In this document: positions 12,571-32,015 of the stretch, in pieces | Layout of the letters: each line of letters starts with the position of its first letter | Position numbering within the stretch: position 1 is the stretch's first letter | Assembly: GCF_009914755.1 (NCBI RefSeq) | Contig: NC_060926.1 | Origin: the human T2T-CHM13v2.0 reference genome, Homo sapiens | Reading direction: 5' to 3' (one strand) | Length of the DNA: 64,000 bases | Made by a program: the position numbers and the translations under genes | Notes under the pieces: model-generated | The model's input: only the letters and a program-made list of their open reading frames with translations | Database searches by the model: none | What the model was told of the DNA's origin: nothing

Positions 12571-13304
12571 TTACTTAGGATGTTTTTTGCAAATACTTGT
12601 TTACCATTAGAAAGGAAATATATATATATATATTCACATATTTTATTGATATTACAGTGACATTTAATTTCAGACAAGATAAAATGAGAGAATATTTAAA
12701 TATGTAAATCTTGGTAATAAAGAATCCTCCTACAATAAAATGCATTATAATACAATTTTTTGTAATACTTGGTTTAGGAGTAGATTAATAACTTCCTTAA
12801 AGTATAACAATGTTATATTATGTTTTTCAGGCATGTAGTTGAATTTCAGATGATGAGTTTTTTAGTCCGGGTTACGTCCAAATTTATGTAATAATGAATC
12901 ACAAAATTAGGGTTGATTATGTTTACACTACACAACACAGTGTCTTGATTATCTGTTAATCTGCTATACACACATCCTTGGACCTCAAGATGACTTTAAA
13001 AGCGTCCTCTCAATTGCATTCTGACTTTCCTAAATAAACCATAAATAGAAACTTAACAGTAAATCTCTCATAAGTGTGCAGAGGATATAACAGGTGGCTC
13101 TGATCTGATGTAAGTGTAGCTAAAATAATGTGTTGAAATAATTGCAGCTTAGAAAGATAGAAAACATCTGGGCTTCAAGGGAGAACACTTCCATCCTTTT
13201 TGCTGCTTTTAAAAATAGAGAACTACATCATTCTGGGTTGCATAGAAAGAAGGGGCTGTGTTAGAAACTCTATGATCCTCAGTCTGTTCATCTAAAGCTC
13301 CAAA

Positions 13305-13404
13305 GGATGAGACTACTATACCTTGGTTGTGGAAGAAACACTAGACTTCTTAGGCCATCATTCATTTTCTTTTCTCAAATTATTATTTTTGTTTATTTGT
13401 GCTT
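13305..13404 (+). repeat. Copy B of a 100-bp dispersed direct repeat
   Basis: ggatgagactactataccttgg...cttcttaggccatcattcatttt...ttctcaaattat...tgtgctt matches copy A. Confidence 0.9.
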
Positions 13405-13809
13405 GCAGGGCCTGATTAACAGTGTCACTTGTTCTCTTGAAGGAAAACTGAAGTTGTGAATGATGGAATTATAGTTGCCATTTCTCCAATTGTTGATATC
13501 TTGTTTGTTCCTTTGCTCCATGGGAAGGCATGGATGGAACAGAGCTTTGAGACAGAATCCTCATTTTAGTTGCCTCTATGAGTAGGCTGTTTAGAGGCTG
13601 CCAGCCTATAATATGGGGCTCTTGTTAGTTTAAGTACTTAGGTAGAAAAAGACCCTTCTATAAATGCAAATTTTTAATATCTAAGCATTATCTGCCACCA
13701 ACATTAGTACAGATGAATTTATAAGATTATTTCTAGCAGACAGTAAAGACCTGAAAAAAAAATTGAACAGTACAGTTACATCTTAAAAGATCAGAGGTCA
13801 AGATCTACC

Positions 13810-13942
13810 CAGTGATTCTCAACGCTGGCTGTATATCAGAAACATTTTGGATTTATGGAGAAGACAGATTTCCAAGCCCCAACCAAGACCTACCTCCTGA
13901 ACCTGAACTTACAAGATGTGGACTGGAGAAGTCTCTTTTTTA
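13810..13942. mobile_element. MER5-family left part, interrupted by L1
   Basis: cagtgattctcaacgctggctgtatatcagaa...ccccaaccaagacctac. The probable right part lies at about 19535-19580. Confidence 0.6.
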
Positions 13943-13945
13943 AGA

Positions 13946-19523
<5,578 letters not shown>

Positions 19524-22099
19524 TTGATGACTTTACTTTTTAAGATGAGTCTGATGATTGGATAGGTTGAGAGCTGGTTTTTAAACTTTAAAAAGTAACG
19601 CCATCTTTTTTCAAAAAATATATGAATTTATAAATTTATAAAAATAATAAAATTGATAAAGTGGGGCTATTCTGGTTGAATTGTGTGTGTTAGCGAGGGA
19701 GGGAACCAGGGTTTTGTCCTCTCAGCCCCTTTCCTCATGACAGGCCAGCCTCTTCAGAACTCCCCGTTTGCAAATCACACTGGTCTTTCCAGCATGGGAA
19801 CTGCCAAATGATCTCTGACAGGTCTTGGAGGGTATGGTGTGAAAGCTCTTGGTACCTGGAGTGCCAGTTAGGTGAAGGAGGAACAGCACTCAAAGGAGCA
19901 CAGACTTTAGATATCAGTCTTAAAATTGCCACTGGAAAGTGAAGGGGACAGGAGGGTGATGCATTTGGAATCAAAGTTAGAAATCTGTTTGCTGGCAAAA
20001 AGACCATTTTGCAACTTGCCTTTTTTAAATGACCTTACCCGTGTAGGGTGTTATTTAGTTAACCCAGCCTAAGAGGATGTTTTAAAGGTGGAGAATTGCC
20101 CTGGTGATGAACAAATATGAGAAATAAACTTCCAGTGGGGCTGGGTTGCCTGCTGACTGTGATTTCCTGATGATCTATAACAATGGTTATTCACTAACAG
20201 CTGGCGCATGTCTCCCCCGGACAAAGCCACTGGGAAGCACAGGCGCTCTGATTGGTGAACCAGAACCGTTTCCCTGGTAACAGTTAACTAGCACGTGTTT
20301 TATTGTTTCCAACTGCTTTTCCTGGGGTATTTGCAGGTGGTGGGAGATGCTTTCTTAAAGAGGGGTCATAACCTTGTGAACTTTCAGATGTTGCAACAAA
20401 TTGGGGAACAAAACATTTTTCCTTTTTCAAATATATTAAGTAAATCTTATTACATAGCATTTTCAAGACAGATGCAGCCCAACAGTTTTTCCTTTTTGCC
20501 ATTATTTCCAGATGTTATCAATTTTAAAGTCAGCATTCCATTTTAAGAACAGGATCTATAGGAAGGTGATATTAGTAATACGTATAGCAGCAGAGTATTA
20601 TTTTGCCCTTTTTGGAGGTGTGTTCTGGTTTTACATTTTGCTATAAAATGTGAGATCAAACCGTAAAATGTGAGTGTATTTTTAATTGGCCTTTTAATCG
20701 TTTGTATATTTTGCCTTTTCATTAATTAACTCAATGTTTTTGCCTTTACTGGTCGTTTTCTTTGTCATTTTTAATGCACCAGAAAAATTATAGTATTTTT
20801 ATAAAATACAAGACTAAATAAGACTTGATTATATTAGAATTTTCTTCTATATTTATTTGACATGTTTTTGAAAGGATTGGTTAATTTCCAGATGGATAGC
20901 TCCCTCTTCTGTCTGGTTTGCAGAATTCACATCTTTTGAAAGCAGTGATGGAAGATGAAGTATGTATCACATAATTCTTTATCTTGGCTGGAGGCTGAAT
21001 GTAGTTACTATATGAAGAATAACAAATTCATGTATTGGAATATGGAAAGCGCTTCCATTGTAATAATTTGGTTTAAAATAAAATTGTCTATCTTGCCATA
21101 AATGCTGGCTAAAAGAAAATGAAAACATTCCCTTAAGTTAATATTGAACTTTATCTGCAGACATCCCTGAAAAAATGCAGACCTGATCAAATCACTTGAC
21201 TGTACTCTACTTGAAACACTTGGACTTTGGTCAAATAAGCATTTGCCACTTGATTTGTACAGCATTACAACAAAAGTGCAACTCAAGTCTTCTCTTGAGC
21301 CTGATTTGCAAGGTTCTTTCTGGTAAGCGTTCTTCATGGGTTTGCAAACATGCACCTACTTATAAATTAGATCAGTGGCATTCAAATACTCTTCTCCAGG
21401 AACTCAGAATTTAAAAAAAAAAATTTTAAACATTTATTTAAAAAATATTTTTCCTTTGTTTCCTTGGATCCAATTCAATCACTACACCCAGAATTAGGGT
21501 TATGCTCTGAAAGCGAACACAAAAAAATCATAACCTAAACTCATAACCATAGAACCAAAAGAGCTAGTAAAATTATTTATAATAAGGCTACTTATGTACA
21601 GTCCGTGCTTCTAGAGATACAATGAAGTGATGCATTTTTACTGTGAAGAGGAAAACATTAATTCAGGCTCACCCTTCTTGTTTCTCTTAGTGGCAGGGTG
21701 AAAGGGGAGGGGGTCACATAACCCTAATTATTTGAATATATATTAAAGAGCACTGTTTGCAACTCTCTACTTCGCTTTTGTTGAGGTAGGCATAGCTCAG
21801 GGACCTCTGAAGGAGAAACATTTTACCTCACACACTCCTGTTGGTACCATGTCATTGTATTCTTTCTTTTTAGATTCATTAGAGGAGTAAAAACGATATT
21901 TTTTATATCAAGGAATAATTTGAATACAATGAAATGAGAATCAGAAAATTAGTCATTATCAAAATTTGTAGACTTAAGCATATATTTGAAAATTTTAAAT
22001 TATTTTCTTGTCTTGAAGTAGGTAAAATAACCAAGTCATAAAGTATTAGATAACAATTCACGTGGAATGAGGGATGCTGAACATAACAGGCCATAGAAC

Positions 22100-22545
22100 A
22101 CTCAATTCAGTCTCTCCTTTCACAGACGAAACATTAAGCCCAGAAGGGCAGTTGTCTTGTTCAAAGTCCTGCAGCTAGCAGGTGACAGAGCTGTTTTCTC
22201 TGGCTCTTATTCAAAAGTGCCCTTTTGCTCAGGTCATGCTCTGTGCAGTGGTCAAGGAGATCTTCCCTAAGGGTACTTGGCTGTGGCTCCATGAATACGG
22301 ATTCTGTAATTTCTTTCCTCCTCCAAATGAATAAACTCTGGCCCCATTTCCCAGATTTGCATTCCAGTGACTTACTTGGTGAGTGACTTTGGACTAGTTA
22401 ACCAACCTCTCTGTGCTTGTTTTCACTTCTACAAAATGAGGGTAATAATAGTGCATATCTCAGAAAGTTAAGATCAGTGCTGTGTGTGGCACAGTGCCCG
22501 GAACATAGAAAGCTCTCAATAAGTGTTATCTATTATTTTTATTAT
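22100..22545. mobile_element. Two MIR fragments
   Basis: ttcacagacgaaacattaagcccagaagg (minus strand) and gtgactttggactagttaaccaacctctctgtgc...ctcaataagtgtt (plus strand). Confidence 0.6.
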
Positions 22546-22639
22546 TGTAATTTTCTGCCTACTTTTCTGAAGTATTTTCTCCGGTATGTCTTAATTTACT
22601 CTGCAGCATGTAGTAATCACATTCTGAAACGACTGAAGG

Positions 22640-23133
22640 TTGTACACCCATGTGCATAGCAGCCTTATTGACAGCAGCCAAAAGGTAGACGCAATCCAAG
22701 TGTCAAATGACAGATGAATGGATAAGCAGAATGTGGTGCATATACATACAATGGAATATTACTCAGCCTTAAAAAGGAAGGAAATTCTGACACATGCTAC
22801 ATTAATGTACTTTGAAAACATTATGCTAAGTGAAATAAGCCAGCACAAAAAGACAGATACTGTAATGATTCCATTTATATGTAAGGTACCTAGACTACTC
22901 AAATTCATAAAGACAGAAAGTAGAATGGTGTTTCCCAAGGGCCTGGAAGAGACGGGAATGGGGGAGTGTTGTTTATGAGTACAGAGTTTTCATTTTGTAA
23001 GATCAAAACAGTTCTGGAGATTAGCTTCACAATAATGTGAATGTACTTAACACTACTGAACTGTACATTTAAAAATGATTAAGATGATAAATTTTATGTT
23101 ATGTGTATTTTACTACAGTTAAAAACAACGACA
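22640..23133 (+). mobile_element. L1MB-like 3' end
   Basis: gatgaatggataa...tggaatattactcagccttaaaaaggaaggaaattctgacacatgctac...actgaactgtacatttaaaaatg. TSD aaaYgaYtgaagg at 22627-22639 and 23134-23146. Confidence 0.9.
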
Positions 23134-26100
23134 AAATGATTGAAGGGCTTAGTGCACTTAGAACATATTAGTTATATTAGTTAGTCGTGGATATTTTGAC
23201 TTCTGGGTCCCAGAGCTCTGGGCCAGTGCTGTGGATTAGAACCAGAAAGGATTTGGTTGGAGACTAAGTATGGTATGTGATCATAGTGCTCAAACATTGT
23301 ATCTGTTTTAGTTCTGTTTCCTTCCTTCAGGATTGCTGATTTCCTGCCAGAGATGGACTTAATTTCCAGAGCCTTATAGTTTATGAACTTGGATGAAAAT
23401 ACAGAAGCACATTTTCCCTATAGACACATGAAGAAACCCCTCAGAGACTCTTCAAAAAATGCAAACACATAAAAAGCAAATTTGATTCAGCAAGTTTACC
23501 ATTAACAAAACCTCCTTTGGGGGCAGGGATGGTGTAGTGATAGTATAGGCTGTTAGAAAGAAGCTTAGAAACTGCCCTATTGAACAAAGCAAGCTAAAGG
23601 CAGAGAGATAAAATGGGAGAAGAAAACTGCTTTTTAGTTTAGAATTTTTTTTGAAATTTCTGTTTAATTATCATTATTATCTACAGAGATGATTAAAAGC
23701 ATCAGACATTTCCAGGATAAAACCCAAGCACAAATGGAAAAGGATTTATGCTAAATTGGCATTTGATAATTTCTTACAATAATCTGACGTAAAAGTTGTC
23801 TCTCTTTTATTTCAATTCAAGAATTCCTTTCATCTTTTACTCAATAGTCATTATCCTTTTTATTTCAATTCAATAACATTTACTGAATATCTAATATGTA
23901 GTATAGGCCCTGTGTCTCAGAAAAAACACTGGGTTAGGGTTTTTAAAATAAGTTTTAAAAGAAAGTAAATATTTTAAAGCCTAAATTTTTTTTAAGTTTA
24001 ATGTTCAAAATACTGAACTGTACTAAAAATCACAATAAATCGCCATTCTTCCAAATAACGTTCCCTTTATGATTATGGGATTTATATAAACTAAATATTT
24101 GCAGAAGAAATTTCTTCAACTATATTGTAGGGAGAATGTCATCTTTTCAGATATGCTGGTTGGGAATAATCACTACACTAGTGGAAATGTTTGCACAAGC
24201 CAGCATTGAAAAGAGACGAGATTTCCCTTTATCAGCTTCTCAAAAATGACAACTAAAATTCTTAGTTTTGGGACAGGACAAAGGTCTAAGTCTGTCATTT
24301 TTTAAATGCCACATTTTTGAAATAACAATCAGGTGTTTCACTTTAAGTGTATTAAATTTAAGTGTATTAATATTTAATATAAATATTGAAATATAATTAG
24401 TTTATTCAGAAGCAAAACCCCAATCCTAATTTCAGCATATCTTAATAGAAAGCCTGGGTTTATGAATCCACAAGCTTTTTATTAAAATCCCAAGAGGTCA
24501 ATAACAATCTTGTAATCACAAAATATGCATACAGGAGAACATCAGACTTACCAAGAAATATAGCTGTAACAGTGCATGACAAAAGGCACATTTTGGAGAC
24601 ATGATTCAATTTCCTGTTTTTCAGCATCAGGTACTTTATCTGACCATCTGAAGGCTTTAGAAATAGGTAAAAAAAAATGGGAGAGTTTTTAATATTAAGA
24701 GCTATGAAAGGTGAAAAACAGGCCCTGACAAACACATCTAAACAGATCCATGTATTTCATAACAGAAACAGTTCCATTTTCATTCTCAATATTTCTAGTT
24801 GAATAATTATCCACTATCCCAAGGATTCTTAATAAAAAAAATTTTACCCTTTTGAGAGGAAGACAGCAATGAGTTCATTTTGAAAGGTTCACATTTAGCT
24901 TTTAGCCAAAAGTGAACCTTTGGTGTCTTTTGAATCCTTTTTAAGTCTTGAAGCCTTAGAGAGAAACCAAAGAGAAAGAGATCAGATCGCGGCCTACCTC
25001 TTTCAGCCCTTGAGAATTCCCTTTCCAAGTAGTTTCTTAAATAGTGAGGCTGCATCAGAACCCCTAGTTCTTCTCCTTAGAAGTTATTAAATCAGCAGAA
25101 AGGCTGACAATAATGGCAAATGAAATCTAAGTTTTGTATAGGAAACAGACAGGCAGTCTACACTTTGTTATTCACTTGATAGACAGAGCCATTTTGACAG
25201 CCCTAACCTTGGAAACCACAGGTCCTGCTGAGCTCAGCAGGAGTCAAACGCTGAGTACCATCTGTCAAAGCTTTATTTTCCCCCCTCCTCATCCACGCCT
25301 TTACTATAAGATGCTAACAAGAGCCCTGAATGAAAGTAGCTAACTACAGTTAAACTCGTGTGCATTGTAACACTAATGTTGGGGTAAGAAACTCACTCCC
25401 AGAATCTACCAAATTTGAGTGAACAGAATTGAGTATTCTATGTCTTTTCTTAATGGTTATCAACGTTGAAAAAGTGTGGGTTGAGAAACTCCGTAACCAC
25501 ACTCCAAACAACTAATCCTCCAAAATAAGGAAATTGCACATCATCTTGTATGTTTTTGCCAATTCTGTAGCTAAAATAAATGGTTTGGAAAGTTCTCAAC
25601 TCTAAGGCCTTTTTTTTTCTTAATGTAGTTTAATTAAACATGTGCAAGAACAACAAATTAATTTCTTTCTAAAAAATAGAGATTTTGATGAGTTGAACTT
25701 GTGCTTTATAAAATAAATCTCATTCAGAACAAACACTCTTTCCCTTTCTCCCTGGCATAAGCAATTCTAAAACATTAACAGGCCTGATAATAATAAAATC
25801 AATTAAATCAAGTGTGGTATAGCTCATGCGGCACTTGTGTAGAAGACAGTATATCAATTGAAACATGAAGGAGCTCACAAAGGCATTCCTTTCCACTACC
25901 AAAATGCTACATATTTTTTAAAGTACAAATTCATTTTGTTTGCATTTAAAAGTTATATATATTTAATGAAAAAATTTAGATACAATTTAAAAATCATTAA
26001 TTTGGAATACCATTTTTAGCACACAGTTCCTTAAAAAATGTAGAGAACATTTCCATAAACACAAATTAAAAAAAGTAGCTTAGAATTAAAATGCTGAAAA

Positions 26101-27119
26101 AAGCTGAGATCTTTTTAGCAGAATTATTCCTAATTTTAATGTTTAGTTATTCTACTTGAAATAGTAATGTTTCTTTTTCCCAATTCTCCAAAATGCTGAA
26201 AATAGTTATAAAATATTGCTTCATGAGAATAATACTATATGTATGTACTAGATATACTATATTATAGCAAGTAATGGTTTATCGTTTAGTAGTTAATTAC
26301 ATTGTCAAGAAGACACTGTGAAGAAGTATTATTAAATTAATTACTCTATTCATACGAGTGTGTACTTTTTTTTACATTTTGCTGAATGTTCCATGTGTGC
26401 AGATTTTGCAGGGATTTGAGAGACCTTGTGTATAAACACCTGAAATGCTTTATGTGAAATAGTTTTTATAAATCGCACGTCCAGAAGGTGATTTTGCTAT
26501 TTAAAGTGACCAGGTGCTGATTTATTTGCAATGTGAAAACTAGCTAACTCGTAAGTTACAGTTTCTAATATCACAAGGTTGAATTTTGTCCATCAGTTTT
26601 GCAAGACAACTTCAGCTGTATATATGCATGAATGCATCTGAAAGAGGTCTCAATAGGTACTATTTGAGTTGGGGCTTTGCTCCTTCTCCTAGTTTTCCTC
26701 ATCTGCCCTTCAGCCCAGAAGCGGCTGAGGAAGGAAGCTGCCTTTGCTGGCAGACAGGGTCCCTGATTGGTAAACACTTCTTCCACCAGTGTGCTTATGC
26801 CCGAAATCCTTTCTTAAGGGGGCAGGACACAACTTTCACTGCATTGAGAGAAGATTCAAAGAAAGGCAAATGCCCCAGGGAGAGGGAACACGTGGATCTA
26901 AATTAATCTTGCTGACAGTTATTCTGAAAGCAAAGAGAAGCAAAGGAGAGCAGGAGGGGAGGCACCTCCAGATGGAGAAGGGGCGAAGACAGGGAGGCAA
27001 AGTTGGTCTTCCTTAAGGTTTTACCTAAGGAGGGCTGCTTGAAGTGTCCATGCATAGCCTTGCTTTGCATAATGCCTGTGTAGACTTTCTTGATTGTCAT
27101 TGTTATGCTTTTGATTTTC

Positions 27120-27385
27120 ACAATCTCAGAATCTCAGAGTTGGGGTAATGTTAAGGGTCAGTTAGTCCAACCCTTCCTTACAGAGATGAAGAAACAGACC
27201 CAGATAAGCCTACTCTGTGGTTTATCTAAATCCTGATTTTTTTTTAAGCCCCGTCTTTTTGTCTGTAAAATACAGGTGATGATATTACAGACAGCAGAGG
27301 ATTTAATGAGCAATGTTGAAGCCTTTAGTACAAGTCCTGAGCATAGAGCAAGTGGTCAATAATTGTTCATTTTTGTTAACATCAT
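27120..27385. mobile_element. MIR fragments
   Basis: tacagagatgaagaaacagacccaga and tctgtaaaatacagg...gtggtcaataa. Confidence 0.5.
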
Positions 27386-27589
27386 CCATGGAGTTCAGAG
27401 CCAGATTTAGTGACAATTTATAGTAACTGTATTAGGTCTCATGGTTACTAATTTGTTTTCATTTCCTGTTCATAAATTTTTTCTTGTAAGGAGCTAATAG
27501 AAACAATTAACAACTACTGAAAATTTATAAAACAATTACCTATATTCTACTTATCTTGATAAAATATGATGCATTTTGCAAATATTTTT

Positions 27590-27950
27590 CTTTTTTTCTA
27601 GATACGTACCTTTGTTTACATAGTTGGAATCATAATGTACTACAATTTTATACCCTGCTTTTCCTTTTGACATCATACCAGAATTTTTCATGTGGCTACC
27701 AATTCTTGGTAAATATCATTTTAAATGATTAAATGTTCCATAATTTAATTAGCCATATCCTGATGACAGAGTTTGTTGGTTGCTTTCAGTTTTTCTGTTA
27801 TAAATAATATTCTGGTGGCCATTTTAGTACATATAACATTTTCTTCTTTGGGCGTGTTTTTTTAGGTTACATTTTCAGAAATTAGATTACAAATTAGATT
27901 AGAACTTGTATATTTTTGTAGTATTTGCTACTTACTGCTAAATCATGGCC
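27590..27950 (-). mobile_element. Old L1ME-like fragment
   Basis: ccataatttaattagcca...ggttgctttcagttttt...tataaataat pattern of an antisense L1 3' region. Confidence 0.55.
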
Positions 27951-28002
27951 CCACTTTTCTATTTTTATTTAATTAACCTTATTTTATAAATGTCCTTTAA
28001 AA

Positions 28003-28137
28003 AATTATTATTATTTTGTAGTTACAGGATCTGGCTATATAGACCAGGGTGGTCTCAAACTCTTCGCTTCAGGCAATTCTCCCGCCTCAGCCTCCCAAAG
28101 TGTTGGGATTATAGGCATGAGTTACAGTGTCTGGCCT
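28003..28137 (-). mobile_element. Free left Alu monomer (FLAM)
   Basis: Single monomer ending ctcccaaagtgttgggattataggcatgag...tggcc. Flanked by the TSD-like aatgtcYtt. Confidence 0.85.
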
Positions 28138-28549
28138 AATGTCTTTGGGCTTCTAATCTGTTTTTTTAAAGATGCGATTGTTTTCAAAGTCATAGGGATG
28201 AGTAATGGCAGACCCAAGACTTGAAGCCCTCTTTTTACTACACCATAATAATAATGCGAACGGGAAAAACTTCCCAACGTTAAGATGTGGAGGAATCATC
28301 CATTCCTCTGCATTCCTTTGCTGAGGTAGCAGAAACTGCAGAAGTCTAGGGTTGGGAGTTCTGAGTTCGAGTCCTGCTACCACTAATAATGAACTATAAC
28401 ATAGATTCATTGATTCTTGCCCATATTTCCTGGAGAGTCTGAGGTTTAAAGAAGGCACCAAAGTGCTCTTGAAACAGTGTAAATCTGCACTGGAGAAGGG
28501 CATTGTCTCACTCTCTGAATCCTGAGCACTGAGTTGCTCTAAGAAGCTG

Positions 28550-28710
28550 TAGCATAGAGCTTCTTAGACATGATCTTGTTACATTCTGGATCTCTTTAAA
28601 TTCTGTTTCAATAGGTTTGGGGTGGGCCTGAGATGTTGCATTTTTAAAAAGCTCCCAAGTAATCCTGATGATGATGCTGGTACAGGGACCATGCTTTTAG
28701 AAGTAGCCAC
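28550..28710. mobile_element. MER5A-family relic
   Basis: aataggtttggggtgggcctgagatgttgcatttt...gctcccaagtaat...gatgctggtacagggacca. Confidence 0.75.
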
Positions 28711-31609
28711 CCTGAGTATCAGTGGTTGTTGAGTTGCATGGATGACTGTCCCCATGGTACAGAGCACCCTTAATCACAGAGCAATTTTAATCAGTGGATA
28801 AAGGATGGGGATTAATAGTAGTCAGCCAGATGCTCCCAAAGTGGTGTCTATTATGCAGGAGTATACAAATATTGTGACCTGTTTGTGGAGGAAGTATTAT
28901 GTGATCTGTTTCCTCTTTGATGCTAGAGATCCTCTGAACCTAGGAATGTCCCTTTTCCTGAGATGTGGGAGGAAGTGGAAAGCAGCCACCTGGAATAATA
29001 GAGTAATATGGAAAAGTACTGGCCTTTTATTATCATTTCCCTTATCTGAACACAAACCCAGGAGTGACTTTTTCCATTCTTATTTTATATTATCAGAGAT
29101 TCCAACCAAGGTCCCTTAAAAGCTGACCAAGAAAATTTGGCAGAAGCACCTTAGAAGCCATAATGCTTTGTGGCAAATCTTTCCAAACATCTGCTGCATG
29201 AAAAGGAGCAAAAATCCTGCAATGGCGAAGGGCAAGAGGGCAACTTGGAAGTGGGCTATCTTGGCACAGCTCTGTGGAGGCCCTTTCTCTGAGCACAGGC
29301 GTACCCAGGAGGCCCCAGCACCTGTTCTTACATATTCCTGCTGGCTTCTGTTGTTTGCAATTGCCATCAAAAGCGTCCCAGGAGACGGTCGGGACAAGCC
29401 TTGTCAGGGAACAAGAAAAGCTGGGAGTGTGGCGGTTGGTCTCACAAATGTGAGGATGTACACCATCCCAGTAGGGACTCTCATTTCCCCTTTCACATCA
29501 CCACACACCTGATGGCAAAAGGAAATCTTTTGAGTTTAGGAACTGTGGCAGAGAACAGTCTTTTGAAACTCCGGTGACATCAATAGCCTAGTTTCATTAT
29601 TCTAAAACTGAAATGCCACGAGTGGGATTTGGAACACAATCATTAGGTCCTCTGGAGTTATTGTCTAGAGAGGTGGATGGTACATTTTAAGAAAGAAAGA
29701 ATCCTAGGTTAGTAGTAGAAGAAAAGTAGTTTATGTGTTAGGACTTAGCTTTGAAAGCCTAGCTTTCAAGGAAATAGTCAAAGAGAGAATGTGATAAATG
29801 TCCTTTAATTTTTGCTCTGAAGATATCCTTGATAGAGCTGCTGCATATAGTTACTTCAGCTTGATAGGACAAGTGGTTCTGTCCTTAATTGTCACCATAA
29901 GCTTGGATTTTAGGATGCTTGAACAGTTTTTAATATAACAAAGACATGGCTTTTAACATTTTTTTGTATTGTCTTATTATAAGCAGAAGAGAAGAAGGAT
30001 TCTTTTGTCTCTTGTTTATTGGTCATCAAAGCCTCAGTTTAAAATTTAAAAGTCAGAAAATAGCTTCTGAAATACAGAGAACTACTTTTCAGGGAATGTT
30101 TAGCCTGCAGATCTTATGTGACTAAAACTTAATACAATAAAAGGTGCATTTTTAATATGCCAAAAAGATAGCGTTTGCAATTAAAAATCTCTGTCTTTCT
30201 TTAGCATGAACACTCCTTCTTCCTAACAGCTTTAGCACAAAATGAAATTACAGTCTGGGTTTCGGAATAAACTTATTTATCAAAGACATAATCACTATTC
30301 TGGTCCTGAGTTATCTTCACTCAAAAAATATTAATATTATTGACCAAATTGAGTTTTGATTGTGATAAAAAATGTCTGAGCCACTTTTTGAAGCTCTTAA
30401 AAATTTAAATTGCAGAAAAACAATAATCCAAGCTGTCTGTCTTTGAAATGGTCTTCCTCTTTTGACCAAGTATAATAATTAGGTTTTGTCTAAAATGATA
30501 TTTATTATTTTAGTCCATTTAAGGTTCTTTGTATAGTATAACGTAGAATAATCTCTTCCATAGATTTTTTTTTTTTTTTAGAAAATGATAAAATGATGTT
30601 TTTAACATTAACTTCAGGTCATTTGGCTACCAAATAAATCATTATTTTCCTTTGTGGTTTTTAATTCTGTTGGATTCCTTATTACAATTATGGTCTTTTA
30701 ATGTAAATTGCGAGTATATGATTTTACAATGGCTACTAATTGTTAAACTAAAGGAACAAGAGTTTAAAAAGTGTTTTTCAAAACATTATGCTTCACAAGT
30801 AAAGAAATCTGATTTTCAAAATGGCTAGTTTAAGCTGTTGTAGAATGTTGGAAAAGATCTATAATGCAAAATTCAGAAAAAGGATATCTGGTCACCTTCT
30901 CTCAACCAAGACAGCTGAAAATGCTTAGGATTAAAGCTGTCAACCTAAGGGCAGATGTATTTTCATTCACTTACACATAGAGGAATGCCTTCTGCCAGAG
31001 GAAATTCTACTAAGCGTTTTGTAAGCCCTCTTAATGAAGGACATTGCCTGCTTTGGCTATTTAGTGGGTGACATCTTTGCAAGCTTGGTTCTTACTCTGA
31101 TATTCTTACTCAGTAGTGAATGGGGGAACTCTCCAAACTTAGGATGGTTAGAGGCATTGTCAGAGGAAAGGTAAAATTGCTGTTCTCATAAAGGGGACAT
31201 AAATTGCAAGCTTTTCTTTCAACCCTTCAGTGTCCTACTCACCCTTTTCAAACTCAGTAGTGGGATACTGACTCCAAAGAGGAACACTATCACTTCAGGG
31301 AAGGAACTGGGGCTGTGGGATTGTGAACTATCCCCTTTTATCCAGTTTGTCCATATGTAGGAGCATCAGAGAGACTGCTAGATAGAAGCCCAACTCTAGG
31401 GGAGAGGTGCCTTTGGTGCTGAATGTTAGCAAAGAAACATCTCTACATGGATATCCAGACAACTTTCAAATGAGCTTTTAAATTCCATTTTGGAGGGGCT
31501 CTGAAAAGAAAGAAATCTTTCTCTGGAGAAAAAAATTGCCCAAAGATAAACTCCAGTGCAAACTGGACAAACCAAATTTAGTTTTTTTTAGGTAAAAGTA
31601 AAAATAACT

Positions 31610-32015
<406 letters not shown>

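Noticed and set aside
24342-24372. Short tandem duplication tttaagtgtattaa x2 (similar cases near 27880 and 50990)
   Set aside because: Ordinary slippage micro-duplications with no sign of function.
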